This document shows positions 1-12,311 of a stretch of DNA of 64,000 nt, piece after piece; positions within the stretch are counted from its first letter, which is position 1, and every line of letters begins with the position of its first letter. The notes under the pieces are model-generated. The model saw only the letters and a program-made list of their open reading frames with translations. It was not told the origin of the DNA and did not search any database. Source of the stretch: Eledone cirrhosa (Eukaryota); assembly GCA_964016885.1 (NCBI GenBank), contig OZ024744.1, positions 104,780,001-104,844,000 of the forward strand, written 5' to 3'. The position numbers and the translations under genes were made by a program.

Positions 1-529
1 TCATACGTATTGATTCCATCTACTCTGTATCATTTCCATGTCTCTTTTCAATCAATGAGGGCAAAACATTTGCAGACACACATTTTAAATAAACCTTTTA
101 TAGTATTTATTTGTAATGAATCTGGAAACACTCTCCCCTAAATTTAGATTTTTGAAAAACAATTTGGACATTTTCATCAGCAGTACAGTTCCAACATTTT
201 ATTGCCATTTTCCATTTAATCATTTTGTAATTGTATTTCTAGATAAATATAGTCTATTTTAATTAACTAATGAAACATTTTGAGGGATTTATTAAACTTA
301 TTATTAGGAGGTATCTCTGTTCAAGTGTAAGGTAAGAAAATGGGACTGGAAGTGAAAAGAAGGACAGAAATGACAGCACATGTGGTGATAGTTGTTAAGA
401 CAAGTTGACTGTAAACAGATGAGTGAAGAAGCAGGAGAGGTAGGTACATAAAGGGAGATAAGTTAGTGCGGAGGGGGGGGGGTCATGTAAAGGCCAAGGG
501 GAGTAAGCAAAGGTCATTATTGTACAGAT

Positions 530-720
530 GGCGGTGGATTGGCAGTATCGGTAGAGAGTCGGACGCCATGCTTTGACACATAGAGTTACGGCCCTTCCCA
601 TTCTGAGTTCAAATCCTGCCGAGGTTAACTTTGCTTTTCATCCTTACGGGGGTCGATAAAATAAAGTACCAGTAATGCACTGGGTAATTGCTGGCCTTGT
701 GCCAAAAAGTAGAAACAATT
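530..720 (+). mobile_element. tRNA-derived SINE, family B (Nin/Deu-like central domain)
   Basis: A-box-like tggcagtatcggta, B-box gagttcaaatcc and a gtcgataaaataaagtaccag core. Near-identical to 2560-2750 and to the reverse complement of 57113-57298. Confidence 0.7.
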
Positions 721-1099
721 ATTGTACAGCCAGATCCATACAAGTACAGCTAAGTGTGTGTAACTTCACAGTGCTTATGATTAGTGGAGATGGTGATGGG
801 TGAGAGGACTGGTTTAACCTGTGGTGAAATCAGGCTCCATTTTGGAAGTGGATGAAGTTAGTAAAAAGTACAACTAAAAGAATCTGAAATGTGGAAGGTT
901 TGGCTATTGGATTCAGTGATTACTGAGGATGTTGGTGATGAACAAATAAAAGTTACATGTGACATAAAGCAGAACTTCTACTTGTGCCACTTCCATAAGT
1001 TACATAAAGCTAAAGACAGGCCAAGCTGCGCTTCCTCTTCTTCACACATTGGTTCCTATTCAAAGAATGTACTTCATGTCGTGTGTGTATTCTTGAATC

Positions 1100-2330
1100 A
1101 TCTCACATGAAGCAATTCACAATAGCAGGATATTATAACTTTAAAAAACCCTCTCTTTGTCTTGTTCTTTCTTTCCCAATCAGGGTAATTCTTAGTAAAC
1201 TGGGCCATGTTTTCCTTAATCTGGGTGGTGTAGTTTCTGAAGAATTCACATGTAAGAGTTATTTCTATTATCACTGGTTCTTCAGTAGAGTCTTTAAACT
1301 CATTTTGGATATATTACTACTCTTAATTCCTGCAGCTTTTCAACAGACAAAGTTTTGCTATAAGACTCTTAACTTTTCTAAATTTTCCTCATTGATATTC
1401 TATATTCTCCCTCCATTTGCAGCTCAAGAATGCTATCAATAATTACTAGTACTATTTCTTCTTCAATAATTTCTAGGAAGTCATTGCATATTTCTAAACA
1501 AACTCTTCACATGCAGATCTCTGTTATTTTACTCCTGTCTCTTTTGATATTATCTATGGCCTTCGTGATATGGTTGTTTGAATGAGTGACAAAAGTAGCA
1601 GGTCTTGATGTTAGATATTACACTCTGATCCAGGGTTTCAGTAAGGAATTAGTATTTGGTGCTAGATAAGTTACCTTTACAGAGAGGTATGTCTGAAGAG
1701 TGTTCATATTATTGGTATGGTCTGGAGTATTGTGAAATTTTGATTGTCACCCAAGCCTTCATGTTTAAGTCTCCAAAAGATACATTTATCATATTTCTCT
1801 CTTTGTTCATGTTGTTATTGATTGTTAATTGAACTCTGGCTTCAGTTTGAATTCCCCTGTAGCATCATCACTAGGAGATGGAAGTGTAGATTATATTCCT
1901 TTCCAGAAATGACCTAAATACAAGTTGGTGAGGATAGTTGCCATGCTTAATGATATTATTAAAAAGTTTGAGGTAATTTCTTGATTATTTCAGTGTCAGT
2001 ACTTGTAGCTTCACTAGGTACAGTGTTGTGTAGGTAATGCCATCTTTTGAATCTTTAAAACCAACTTCTGTTTGCTGTGAATGCTTGAAAGTGCCTGAAA
2101 ACACTCCTTGATTTTTCTTTATGAGTTGGCTTAGTGGTATGTTGTGTTTTGTTGTATTGTCCTCTCGCATTGCAACTATATCTACATATATTTCTTGAAT
2201 GAATCACTTTCTTCTTTGTTGCATTTTACTAGTCGTTGATGTGACCAACTTTAAAGATTTACTCACATACAATTGATGTTTCCTATCACCCCAACAGTTG
2301 CAGTTTTACATCCGCTGTGATATTTTTTCT
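1100..2330 (-). pseudogene. Highly degraded non-LTR retrotransposon, APE endonuclease region
   Basis: Minus-strand remnants VDIVAMRE (~2165-2190) and LGDLNMK (~1760-1780) resemble endonuclease motifs; many stop codons. Confidence 0.35.
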
Positions 2331-2559
2331 GGCACCCTACATGTACTTGAAGATACAGGCTGTTTTCCACTCAATCTGTATTCAATTGTGTGAAGAATTC
2401 ATGTGCGAGGGAAGAGTGTGAATCATAGTTTCTTACATATTAGCATACAACTGTTTTAATAATGATATTGTCTACATGGAGATGAGGTGTTACTGTATTC
2501 TATGGTACATTTACTATTTCCAACAAGTCAATAAATAGCAATAATATATCATCAGCAAC

Positions 2560-2750
2560 AGGGCGGTGAATTGGCAGTATTGGTAGAGGGTCGGACACCA
2601 TGCTTTGACGCATAGAGTTACGGCCCTTGCCATTCTGAGTTCAAATCCCGCCGAGGTTGACTTTGCCTTTCATACTTACGGGATCGATAAAATAAAGTAC
2701 CAGTAATACACTGGGTAATTGCTGGCCTTGTGCCTAAAGTAGAAACAAAT
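2560..2750 (+). mobile_element. SINE family B copy
   Basis: Direct match to 530-720; flanked by repeated atatcatcagcaacag (TSD-like). Confidence 0.75.
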
Positions 2751-3223
2751 ATATCATCAGCAACAGCACCATTTAACGTCCATTTTTCCATGGCAGCATG
2801 GGTTAGACGAGTTGTTCCATTGTGAGATTAGTTAGGTCTGGTGACCATGTCTTGCTCATACAGAACTGTTTCTGGCTTGGTTTCTATGGCTGGATGCCCT
2901 TCCTAATGCCGAACACATTACAGTGTGTGCTGGGTGCTTTTTGTCGTGGCACTAATACAACCGCTTTAAGGTGTGGGCTGGGACTGGGGAAGGTACATGG
3001 GAATTGCTGAGGTAGATCTAGGGTGGGGACTAATCTGAAGAAGGATGGGGGGGGGGGGGTTAGTGACATGGCTGAGGTTCTCTTGTATTTTGATGAAGAA
3101 CTTGATGTTTTAACTTTACGAATAAAACTATCTCAACACTGAGACTCTTTAAAGTTACAAATATTTGAAGTAACGAGAAGGATTGATTGTAATAGTCTTT
3201 TCTTTCTTCAAATTATATTTCAG

Positions 3224-3347
3224 ATACCTAATGATAACGTCAAAGTGGTTCTTGAAGATGGTACACATGTAAATAATGATTATTTTAAATATTTACCTTC
3301 AAACACAGTTTTGGTTTTCCTTAGAAAAAATGAAACACTTCAGAGCA
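3224..3347 (+). CDS. DFFB: DFFB/CAD internal exon, C-terminal half of the CIDE-N domain
   Basis: Acceptor tttcag|ATA, donor A|gtaagt (phase 1). Translates IPNDNVKVVLEDGTHVNNDYFKYLPSNTVLVFLRKNETLQS, matching the CIDE-N signature LxEDGT-x4-YF-x2-LP-xNT. Joins in frame to the next exon. Confidence 0.9.
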
Positions 3348-3442
3348 GTAAGTACAATGTTGTTTTATATTCATTCTGGGATCTTCGTTGTGTACTTTTC
3401 TATAGATGTAAACCTCACCACTGTATTAAACAGAGACGTGAA

Positions 3443-5985
3443 AGTGTAGAGAATAGCTTTGATTGGGCCACCATAGAGGTGATAGTGTAGAGACTAGCTT
3501 TGATTGGGCCACCATAGAGGTGATAGTGTAGAGACTAGCTTTGATTGGGCCTCCATAGAGGTGATAGTGTAGAGACTAGCTTTGATTGGGCCACCATAGA
3601 GGTGATAGTGTAGAGACTAGCTTTGATTGGGCCTCCATAGAGGTGATAGTGTTAGGACTAGCTTTGATTGGGCCACCATAGAGGTGATAGTGTAGAGACT
3701 AGCTTTGATTGGGCCACCATAGAGGAAATAGTGTTAGGACTAGCTTTGATTGGGCCTCCATAGAGGTAATAGTGTAGAGACTAGCTTTGATTAGGCCACC
3801 ATGGAGGTGATAGTGTTAGGACTAGCTTTGATTGGGCCACCATAGAGGTGATATTGTTAGGACTAGCTTTGATTGGGCCTCCATAGAGGTGATAGTATTA
3901 GGACTAGCTTTGATAGGGCCACCATAGAGGTGATAGTGTTAGGACTAGCTTTGATTGGGCCACCATAGAGGTAATAGTGTAGAGACTAGCTTTGATTGGG
4001 CCACCATAGAGGTGATAGTTTAGGACTAGCTTTGATTGGGCCACCATAGAGGTGATATTGTTAGGACTAGCTTTGATTGGGCCACCATAGAGGTGATATT
4101 GTTAGGACTAGCTTTGATTGGGCCACCATAGAGGTAATAGTGTTAGGACTAGCTTTGATTGGGCCTCCATAGAGGTGATAGTGTAGAGACTAGCTTTGAT
4201 TGGGCCACCATAGAGGAAATAGTGTTAGGACTAGCTTTGATTGGGCCACCATAGAGGTAATCGTGTAGAGACTAGCTTTGATTGGCCCACCATAGAGGTG
4301 ATAGTGTAGAGACTAGCTTTGATTGGGCCTCCATAGAGGTGATAGTGTTAGGACTAGCTTTGATTGGGCCACCATAGAGGTGATAGTGTAGAGACTAGCT
4401 TTGATTAGGCCTCCATAAAGGTGATAGTGTAGAGACTAGCTTTGATTGGGCCTCCATAGAGGTGATAGTGTTAGGACTAGCTTTGATTGGGCCTCCATAG
4501 AGGAAATAGTGTTAGGACTGGCTTTGATTAGGCCTCCATAGAGGTAATCGTGTAGAGACTAGCTTTGATTGGCCCACCATAGAGGTGATAGTGTAGAGAC
4601 TAGCTTTGATTGGGCCTCCATAGAGGTGATAGTGTAGAGACTAGCTTTGATTGGGCCACCATAGAGGTGATAGTGTTAGGACTGGCTTTGATTAGGCCTC
4701 CATAGAGGTGATAGTGTAGAGACTAGCTTTGATTGGGCCACCATAGAGGAAATAGTGTTAGGACTGGCTTTGATTAGGCCTCCATAGAGGTAATAGTGTT
4801 AGGACTAGCTTTTATTGGGCCACCATAGAGGTGATAGTGTAGAGACTAGCTTTGATTGGGCCACCATAGAGGTATTAGTGTTAGGACTAGCTTTGATTGG
4901 GCCACCATAGAGGTAATAGTGTTAGGACTAGCTTTGATTGAGCCACCATAGAGGTAATAGTGTTAGGATTAGCTTTGATTGGCCCACCATAGAGGTGATA
5001 GTGTAGAGACTAGCTTTGATTGAGCCACCATAGAGGTAATACTGTTAGGACTAGCTTTGATTGGGCCACCATAGAGGAAATAGTGTTAGGACTAGCTTTG
5101 ATTGAGCCACCATAGAGGTAATAGTGTTAGGACTAGCTTTGATTGGGCCACCATAGAGGTGATAGTGTAGAGACTAGCTTTGATTGAGCCACCATAGAGG
5201 TAATACTGTTAGGACTAGCTTTGATTGGGCCACCATAGAGGTAATAGTGTTAGGACTAGCTTTGATTGGGCCACCATAGAGGTAATAGTGTTAGGACTAG
5301 CTTTGATTGGGCCACCATAGAGGTAATAGTGTTAGGACTAGCTTTGATTGGGCCACCATAGAGGAAATAGTGTTAGGACTAGCTTTGATTGGGCCTCCAT
5401 AGAGGAAATAGTGTTAGGACTAGCTTTGATTGAGCCACCATAGAGGTAATAGTGTTAGGACTAGCTTTGATTGGGCCACCATAGAGGTGATAGTGTAGAG
5501 ACTAGCTTTGATTGGGCCTCCATAGAGGTGATAGTGTTAGGACTAGCTTTGATTGGGCCACCATAGAGGTGATAGTGTTAGGACTAGCTTTGATTGGGCC
5601 ACCATAGAGGTAATAGTGTTAGGACTGGCTTTGATTGGGCCTCCATAGAGGAAATAGTGTTAGGACTGGCTTTGATTGGGCCACCATAGAGGTAATAGTG
5701 TTAGGACTGGCTTTGATTGGGCCACCATAGAGGTGATAGTGTAGAGACTAGCTTTGATTGGGCCTCCATAGAGGTGATAGTGTAGAGACTAGCTTTGATT
5801 GGGCCACCATAGAGGTAATAGTGTTAGGACTGGCTTTGATTGGGCCTCCATAGAGGAAATAGTGTTAGGACTGGCTTTGATTGGGCCACCATAGAGGTAA
5901 TAGTGTTAGGACTAGCTTTGATTGGGCCTCCATAGAGGTGATAGTGTTAGGACTAGCTTTGATTGGGCCACCATAGAGGAAATAG
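3443..5985. repeat. 41-bp minisatellite, about 62 copies
   Basis: Unit gactagctttgattgggccaccatagaggtgatagtgtaga (gattgggcc at 3461, 3502, ...), with interspersed variant units. Confidence 0.97.
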
Positions 5986-6340
5986 AGTTGGTAATTTCTG
6001 TTACCTAGTTGACCAAATTAGCAGCGGAGGTGGGTGTTCTAAAAGTACAGTAGCCAGAATGAGATTGTGATGGAAAATGTTCAGGGATCCACTACCACTC
6101 ATCGTCATCATCATCATCACCGTTTTATGTCCGTTCTTCCATGCTAACATGGGTTAGACGGGTTGTCCTGTTGTGGGCAATGTCCGGTCGGCTGACCTTG
6201 TCTTGCTCATACAGGAACTGATTCTGGCTTGATTTCTACAGCTGGATGCCCTTCCTAACACCAACCTCATTTACAGTGAGTGCTGGAGGCTTTTTTTCCG
6301 TGGCGCCTACACGTCCACTTTACAGTGTGGGCTGGGTGAT
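5986..6340. mobile_element. RTE RT fragment (+) fused to an inverted RTE 3' end with (CAT)n tail
   Basis: FCYLVDQISSGGGCSKSTVARMR-like sequence, then (cat)n and 3'UTR; matches the reverse complement of ~38530-38885. Confidence 0.8.
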
Positions 6341-6741
6341 TCCATTAATCTCTACCAAACTGCTAAGCTGGGGGTATATATAGTAGTTATTACACTAATC
6401 TCTATCTACCAAAGTGCTAAGCTGGGATATACATTGTCTCTCTCTTTCATTCCAACCTGTGACCATTAGCTAATAGAATGTAACCACCAATGCACTCAAA
6501 CCTGATGTCCTTCATTGTAAAAAAACTAGAATTTCATATGCTATGTTACAGCTCATTCTAATGAAAAGGATCTTTTAAGATCAAAACTTCAACTAAAACC
6601 AAGTTATTTTATCATTCACATTGTTGGCCTTTCTATTCTAAATCTCAAAATTCACAATGCTTTTAAAATCACCTCAAAAAGAAAATAAATATTCATATAT
6701 GTGTGTGTGTGTGTGTAAAAATATATATATATATGTTTAGT

Positions 6742-6905
6742 CTAGGGCGGGTAAAATACCCGAGATCCATGGACGAGTTCTCTCCAGCGGTCTCTGTCCC
6801 TCATTATCGCTGCCATGTCCTGTATCTCCAAGAGACCAGTGTCTGTCCTTAGGGCATCAACATATGTTAACCTCGGTCTTCCTCTTCCAGTGTGTCCATG
6901 CAGTT
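6742..6905 (-). mobile_element. 3' end of a second RTE-like LINE family
   Basis: GRGRPRLTYVDALRTDTGL...MRDRDRWRELV is a typical RTE ORF2 C-terminus; adjacent to (TA)n. Confidence 0.65.
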
Positions 6906-7008
6906 TTGCAAGAGATGTCAACATGGATGGACCTGTTATTTTTATCTGAAGACATTTTTTCCAATTCCAACCAGCCAATCCCCTCAATCTATCTTATTTA
7001 TCATTCTT

Positions 7009-7044
7009 TCTTCTGATGAAGGACTAGCATCCGAAACGTTAAGA
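7009..7044 (+). ncRNA. Minimal type I hammerhead ribozyme motif
   Basis: tctt-CTGATGA-a-gga(ctagca)tcc-GAAA-cgtt-aaga: conserved core, stems I and II, palindromic AACGTT stem III. Confidence 0.6.
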
Positions 7045-7263
7045 CCCTCTTCCTGCTATATCAAGCGTTAACCTAATATATCCCTTCCATATACTGTACC
7101 GATTGTGTTGTTATTTCTGTTTACCTTTTACATATATATATATAAAGTTGAGCCAATTTATGCAGCTTCATATGCAAATGAGATTAATCACCTCATTTAC
7201 ACAGATGAGAAAACTATATATTCTCGCTTCTTTTCAAGTCCACCAGTCATTAGAGTGGGAGGG

Positions 7264-7307
7264 ATCGTCCTGATGAGAACTAGTTAAGTTCAAAATGCAT
7301 CAACGAT
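7264..7307 (+). ncRNA. Decayed hammerhead motif (GAAA mutated to AAAA)
   Basis: atcgtc-CTGATGA-gaac(tagttaa)gttc-aaaa-tgcatc-aacgat; stems I and II pair. Confidence 0.45.
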
Positions 7308-7396
7308 TGTCCCCCTTCATTCTGCTGGACACCACCAGAGGGCAATAGCCCCGGTGTTTTGCATAGCTTTGGCTTTCTAAATGTTTACCTATAAAT

Positions 7397-7733
7397 GGAG
7401 GCACATGGCTTAGTGGTTAGAGCATTGGCCTTGCAATCGAAAGGTTGTGAGTTCAATTCTCAGACCGGGTGATGTGTTGTTTCCTTGAGCAAGACACTTT
7501 ATTTCACATTGCTCCAGTTTACTCAGCTGTAGAAATGAGATGATAGGGACTGGGGTCCCTATCATTCCACTGCAAAGTGGTCGTGGAGGTGCCACGGCAA
7601 AAAAAGCACCCAGCACTCACTGTAAATGAGGTTGGTGTTAGGAAGGGCATCCAGCTGTAGAAATGAAGCCAGAATCAGTTCCCGTCCCACCCTTGCAAGC
7701 AGGGAAAAGCGGACGTAAAATGATGATGATGAT
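7397..7733 (+). mobile_element. tRNA-derived SINE, family A (RTE-type 3' tail)
   Basis: A-box tggcttagtgg, B-box gagttcaattc, ccttgagcaagacactt central motif, 3' part shared with the RTE 3'UTR, (GAT)n tail; near-identical copies elsewhere in the window. Confidence 0.9.
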
Positions 7734-8475
7734 AAACATACCATATTTCTTTAGAAACACGAAATTCAAATATATAGTTGGTGAAATAGCACAAACACAA
7801 AAGTTTTATTAGGATTACACTTAGGAGAAAGTGGAAGAGGGTTTGGCGCCTTGGATGGAAGTCCTTCATGAGGAAATGGAGAGTTCAGAGAGGGAGAGAA
7901 CAGATAGGTATATGAAAGTTTGGGAAAGGTTGTTAAGAAGGTTGGGAGTGGTAGGTGAGTGGTCCGGCATTCAGGAGTAAGGGCCAAAGTGGAGAGTCCA
8001 GGTATTTCATGGGTGTGGCTGTGTGTGTGTGTGTGTGTGTGCTGATAGGGTAAAAAAATTGGTGGCTGTGCATTATTACTTTTGTCTGTCTGTGTGTGTG
8101 TGTGTACACGTGCGTGTCTCTGAATCTTATATTATTGGTGTGTGCGTATGAATTCTTTGGTTGTGTGAAAATGTACCCACACACCCACACCCACACCCAC
8201 ACACACACACACACACAAACGGACACACTCATGCACACATCTAAAACACAAAAGAAACTTAGCAACAGAAATGTACACAAATTTTCCATGTTTGCATGGG
8301 ATACATGGGCTGTCATATACAGTCGACCATTTTATGGCTTATTGGGAGTATTTTATCATGACTCCACTTCTACCAGCTTACCTGTTGGATTGTTGGTGGT
8401 GACGGTGATGACAGGTGGTGGTAGTAGCAGTGGCAGTGGTGGGGATGGAGATGATACTGAGAATAGTTAGCTCAC

Positions 8476-8648
8476 ATCATCATTTCATCATCATCATTTC
8501 ATTTTACGTCCGCTTTTCCCTGCTTGCAAGGGTGGGACGGGAACTGATTCTGGTTTGATTTCTACAGCTGGATGCCCTTCCTAACACCAACCTCATTTAC
8601 AGTGAGTGCTGGGTGCTTTTTTGCCGTGGCACCTCCACGACCACTTTG
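8476..8648 (-). mobile_element. 5'-truncated SINE family A copy
   Basis: Reverse complement of the 3' half of 7397-7733. Confidence 0.85.
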
Positions 8649-8950
8649 TTCAAACTATTTTTTATTGAGTGAGTAATGGTGACCAACTGTGATTATAGAA
8701 AATGTATTTCCAATAGCCTTGGTAACTAGAATACATGCACACACATATATATATATATATATTTGAAATGGGAGTAAGGTTCTATACAAAACAGGGGTTA
8801 TAGAGAAAAAGAGAAATTGGAAATAGCACGGAAAATATATTTAAGGAATCTGTTTTTCTCTTTTTCTTCTTTGATTCGTCAACAAAGTGACATTGAAAAA
8901 AGGAGAGGAACAATTCTTTTAGAAAAATGAGTTTTATAATGTATATAATA

Positions 8951-8993
<43 letters not shown>

Positions 8994-8996
<3 letters not shown>

Positions 8997-9458
8997 GAGG
9001 TTATATTTAATTTGTTGGGATTCAACAAGCTTAAAAAATTTTATAACTGATATAAAGCACTCAAAAGGTTAGTGGAGTAAATACACAATATATTAATAAA
9101 TGGAAACTATATTTATAAAACCATATTTATTTTATTATACATATTTCAAGGGCAACCAAGGCAAATTATGGTGCGCTTTCATCAGATAAAATACAGATTT
9201 GTTTTATAAATAAATATTGACATACCCGGAAAAAAAGACAACCTAAACGGTTGGAGCTTCCTGGATAACTTCCTGACTATCCAGGAAGCTCCAACCATTA
9301 AGGTTATCTTTTTTTCCGGGTATGTCAATATTTATTTATAAAACAAATCTATTTTATCTGATGAAAGCGCACCATAATTTGTTTTGGTTGCCCTTGAAAT
9401 ATGTATAATAAAATAAATATGGTTTTATAAATATAGTTTCCATTTATTAATATATTGT
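8994..9458. mobile_element. Fold-back element with a hammerhead motif in each arm (Penelope pLTR-like), inserted in (TA)n
   Basis: Arms 9085-9267 and 9278-9458 with a 10-nt loop; CTGATGA at 9358, GAAA at 9396; homologous to 44365-44804. Confidence 0.75.
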
Positions 9459-10948
9459 ATATATATATATATATAATTAGTACAAAATTAAATTCAAGGC
9501 TGTTATTCAAATTCTATCTTTAATTTCAACAATTGTTTCTGTGAAGATTACATTTATTGCCTGGACATAGAATTAATCCATCAATCAATTAATAATCTAA
9601 ATGGCACTCAAGCAAAGATCCCCATTTTCAACAGGAAAAAATAGATAGATACTTTGAGTTACTTAACACACCCAGAAGAATAAAAATAAAAAGTAAAGAA
9701 TTAAAAGCAAGTTTTCAAAAGGCAAAGAGAATGCGTAAAGAATATTGAGCAAGTGATTTGCATGATCAGAAGATAATGTATTAATGTAAGTATTAAATGT
9801 GAAGTTGCACGGTAGAGAAGCATATTGCTATAAAGTGGGGTGTACAGATTTGAAATAACAGTGAATATTTAGAACAATAATATTTTAAATTACATGTTAA
9901 CATGAACATTCAAATGTACTGCTTAATCTCATTGAAAATATTTTACTCACACCAAATTATGAGAGGCAAGCTATTAAAGTAATTTTCCTCATACAATGGC
10001 AGGCACATGAGGATATATAAACAAAAATGCAGTTATACCGTAACTCACATGAAATGTTAGGAGCGGTGTTTGTTTTGGGAAGTGACTGGTTAAATATTTA
10101 TTTCTGTGAAGTAACCTCCACATACAATGGGATGAACATGTTGATATATAAACAAAACTACCGTTGTATTGCATGTTAGTTACAGTATTTACTTTAGACA
10201 ATAACCAGTTAAAAATATATCTCAGTGTAGTAAACATAGATTATTTGACTGTCATGGTTTCGTTGTTCTATGCGCATCTCGGTTAGGTCTGTCTGACAGC
10301 ACTTCTGTGTCTAGTCAGTTTATCTTGATTTCATCGACACCCAGAGCTTCTCACACTTGCCCACCACTAATCCTCTATAGAACTCTAGGGTGTAAGTTCC
10401 ACTGACTGCACTGCCTGTCTTGTGGAGGACAGTGAGCGCGTGGCAACATGCCAGATGCCCAGTCTCAGTCGCTTCTTGACCCAAAACTGCAGCTCAGTCA
10501 GAGAGATGAGTTGCAGGAAGGCCCATCTCACAAAAGGCAACCACACTTGTTCACCGTTTTAGAATATCTGAAGATGCAAAAACCTCAGCACACAGATCGC
10601 CTCACCAATGGAACCTGTCCCTTCCTCTAGATGTTGAAGAGCAGGCTTTCCAATTTGGTGAGGTGTGAACGGGAACAAGGCAGAACGGTCAGGCAGTAGT
10701 AGATGATTTACATGTTTGCCATCTCCACTCAACCTTTCTGGGATAATTTCCTCTTGGCCCATTTCTAGGTGAGAGTGGCAACCCCACTCATTACTTCATC
10801 CCCATTCTTATTCACCTGGAGGTCCAATCCGAACCTGACCCCAAGCAACATTACTAGTCCGTCCATCCAGCGTCCAATGATATAAGCCTCCTTCAAATGA
10901 AGGGAAGATACCTTTCAGTTTGTTTAGTAGGAAAATACTCACTAAATA

Positions 10949-11470
10949 TCAGTGACTTAAGCTTATGACTTGAACCCATAGTAATATCAAAAGTATCAGA
11001 GCAGTTTTAAGAGGTTCAAAGGCTACCATCATGGTCTTCCAAGAGGCTAATACAATATCTATTTCAGCCCTGGTTAAGTTGCTAGCATTTTTAGACATAA
11101 TAAGAGCCCTATTTATGTCAAATTGTATGAAGTTTAATTTATTTTTATCCTGAAGTTTCATGAACCAGTTTACTACCTCACCAGTCTTATTCCATAATTT
11201 TAAGTTTAATTTTTGTTTCAACTCAGACATAACTCTGTCTAGAATTCTTTTACTGACTTTACCTATGTCATAAGTAGATGGGTTAGTGTTAAAATCTGCC
11301 TTATGGTCTTTTAGTATAAATTTAGGGATGTATGGTTCAGTATATCTTTCTAGGTCTAACATATTCACTATATTATTCATCTCTTTGTTAATATCACTTA
11401 AGTTTTTATACATAGTTTTTATTCAGTTCCTTATATATAAAATGTTTGACCCTTAACATTTCAATAATCT
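10949..11470 (-). pseudogene. Penelope-like element reverse transcriptase fragment
   Basis: LKDHKADFNTNP...IGKVSKRILD...LW.....V.NWF......FIQFDI resembles the N-terminal RT region of PLEs; contains deletions. Confidence 0.6.
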
Positions 11471-12004
11471 ATTTAATTACCCCGGATCCATACATTATAA
11501 TATCCTCTTACACCCATTAAGTATGTACGTATTGGACTGATGAGTGCTACCCCCACCACTTCAGTCTTCTTATCTTCATGCAAAAAAAAAGGGTCAAGAG
11601 GACCCTTCAGACGTGCCTTGGTATGGCAGCCTCTCCAGTGTTGATTTAAACGATAAACACACCAGTACACTTTGTAAAGTGGTTGGTGATGGGAAGGGCA
11701 TTCTGTCATAGAAAGCTTTCCAAACAAAGTGTTGGGAGGAGCCTCAGTTGTATCAAAGACATTAAAACCTCTCCTCAGCACTTGGTAGAACATGAACCCA
11801 TACATAAGTGAGATGCAAATCCCTGGCCTGTCTGGGAGATCTGTAGCCTCATTTCAGTATTGACTTGGTAGTAGACCCATCCAACTGTTGCTAGCAGGTA
11901 AAGCAGATGTCAAAACGGTGATATATATATATATATACAACCCATGCTAGCATGGAAGATAGACGTTAAACGATGATGATGATATATATATATATATATA
12001 TGAT

Positions 12005-12268
12005 ACACAAATTTAAATAATTTTGAAAACCAAACAATGCATTAGTAAGAACATTAAATTGCTAAGATAACAAAATAATCTTACCTTAGCAAATTTAACG
12101 ATCCCAAATATTTTCGGGTTTAAAAACCCATTATCAAGGGAGTAACCTTATGAGAGACCTAAAAAATTGATTGTTAAATTTGCTAAGGTAAGATGCTTTT
12201 GTTATCTTGACGATTTAATGTTCTTCCTAACGCATTGTTTTGGTTTTCAAAATCATTTAAATTTGTGT
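12005..12268. repeat. Diverged ~100-bp inverted repeat enclosing a decayed hammerhead motif
   Basis: 12005-12103 pairs with 12169-12268. The spacer on the minus strand reads tccc-TTGATAA-tgggttt(tt)aaaccc-GAAA-atattt-ggga. Confidence 0.65.
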
Positions 12269-12311
12269 TTCCTATTCAATAATGCTTCAAGCAAGCTACA
12301 AAACTATGATA

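Noticed and set aside
3443-5985. CRISPR-like regular repeat array
   Set aside because: No unique spacers and no cas genes; head-to-tail minisatellite in eukaryotic context. The same applies to 47692-48698.
7397-7470. tRNA gene (also at other SINE heads)
   Set aside because: A/B boxes run directly into a SINE body; no convincing cloverleaf or terminator.
10260-10940. GC-richer stretch with short ORFs, possibly a TE or pseudogene fragment
   Set aside because: No motif I can recognise; needs BLASTX.
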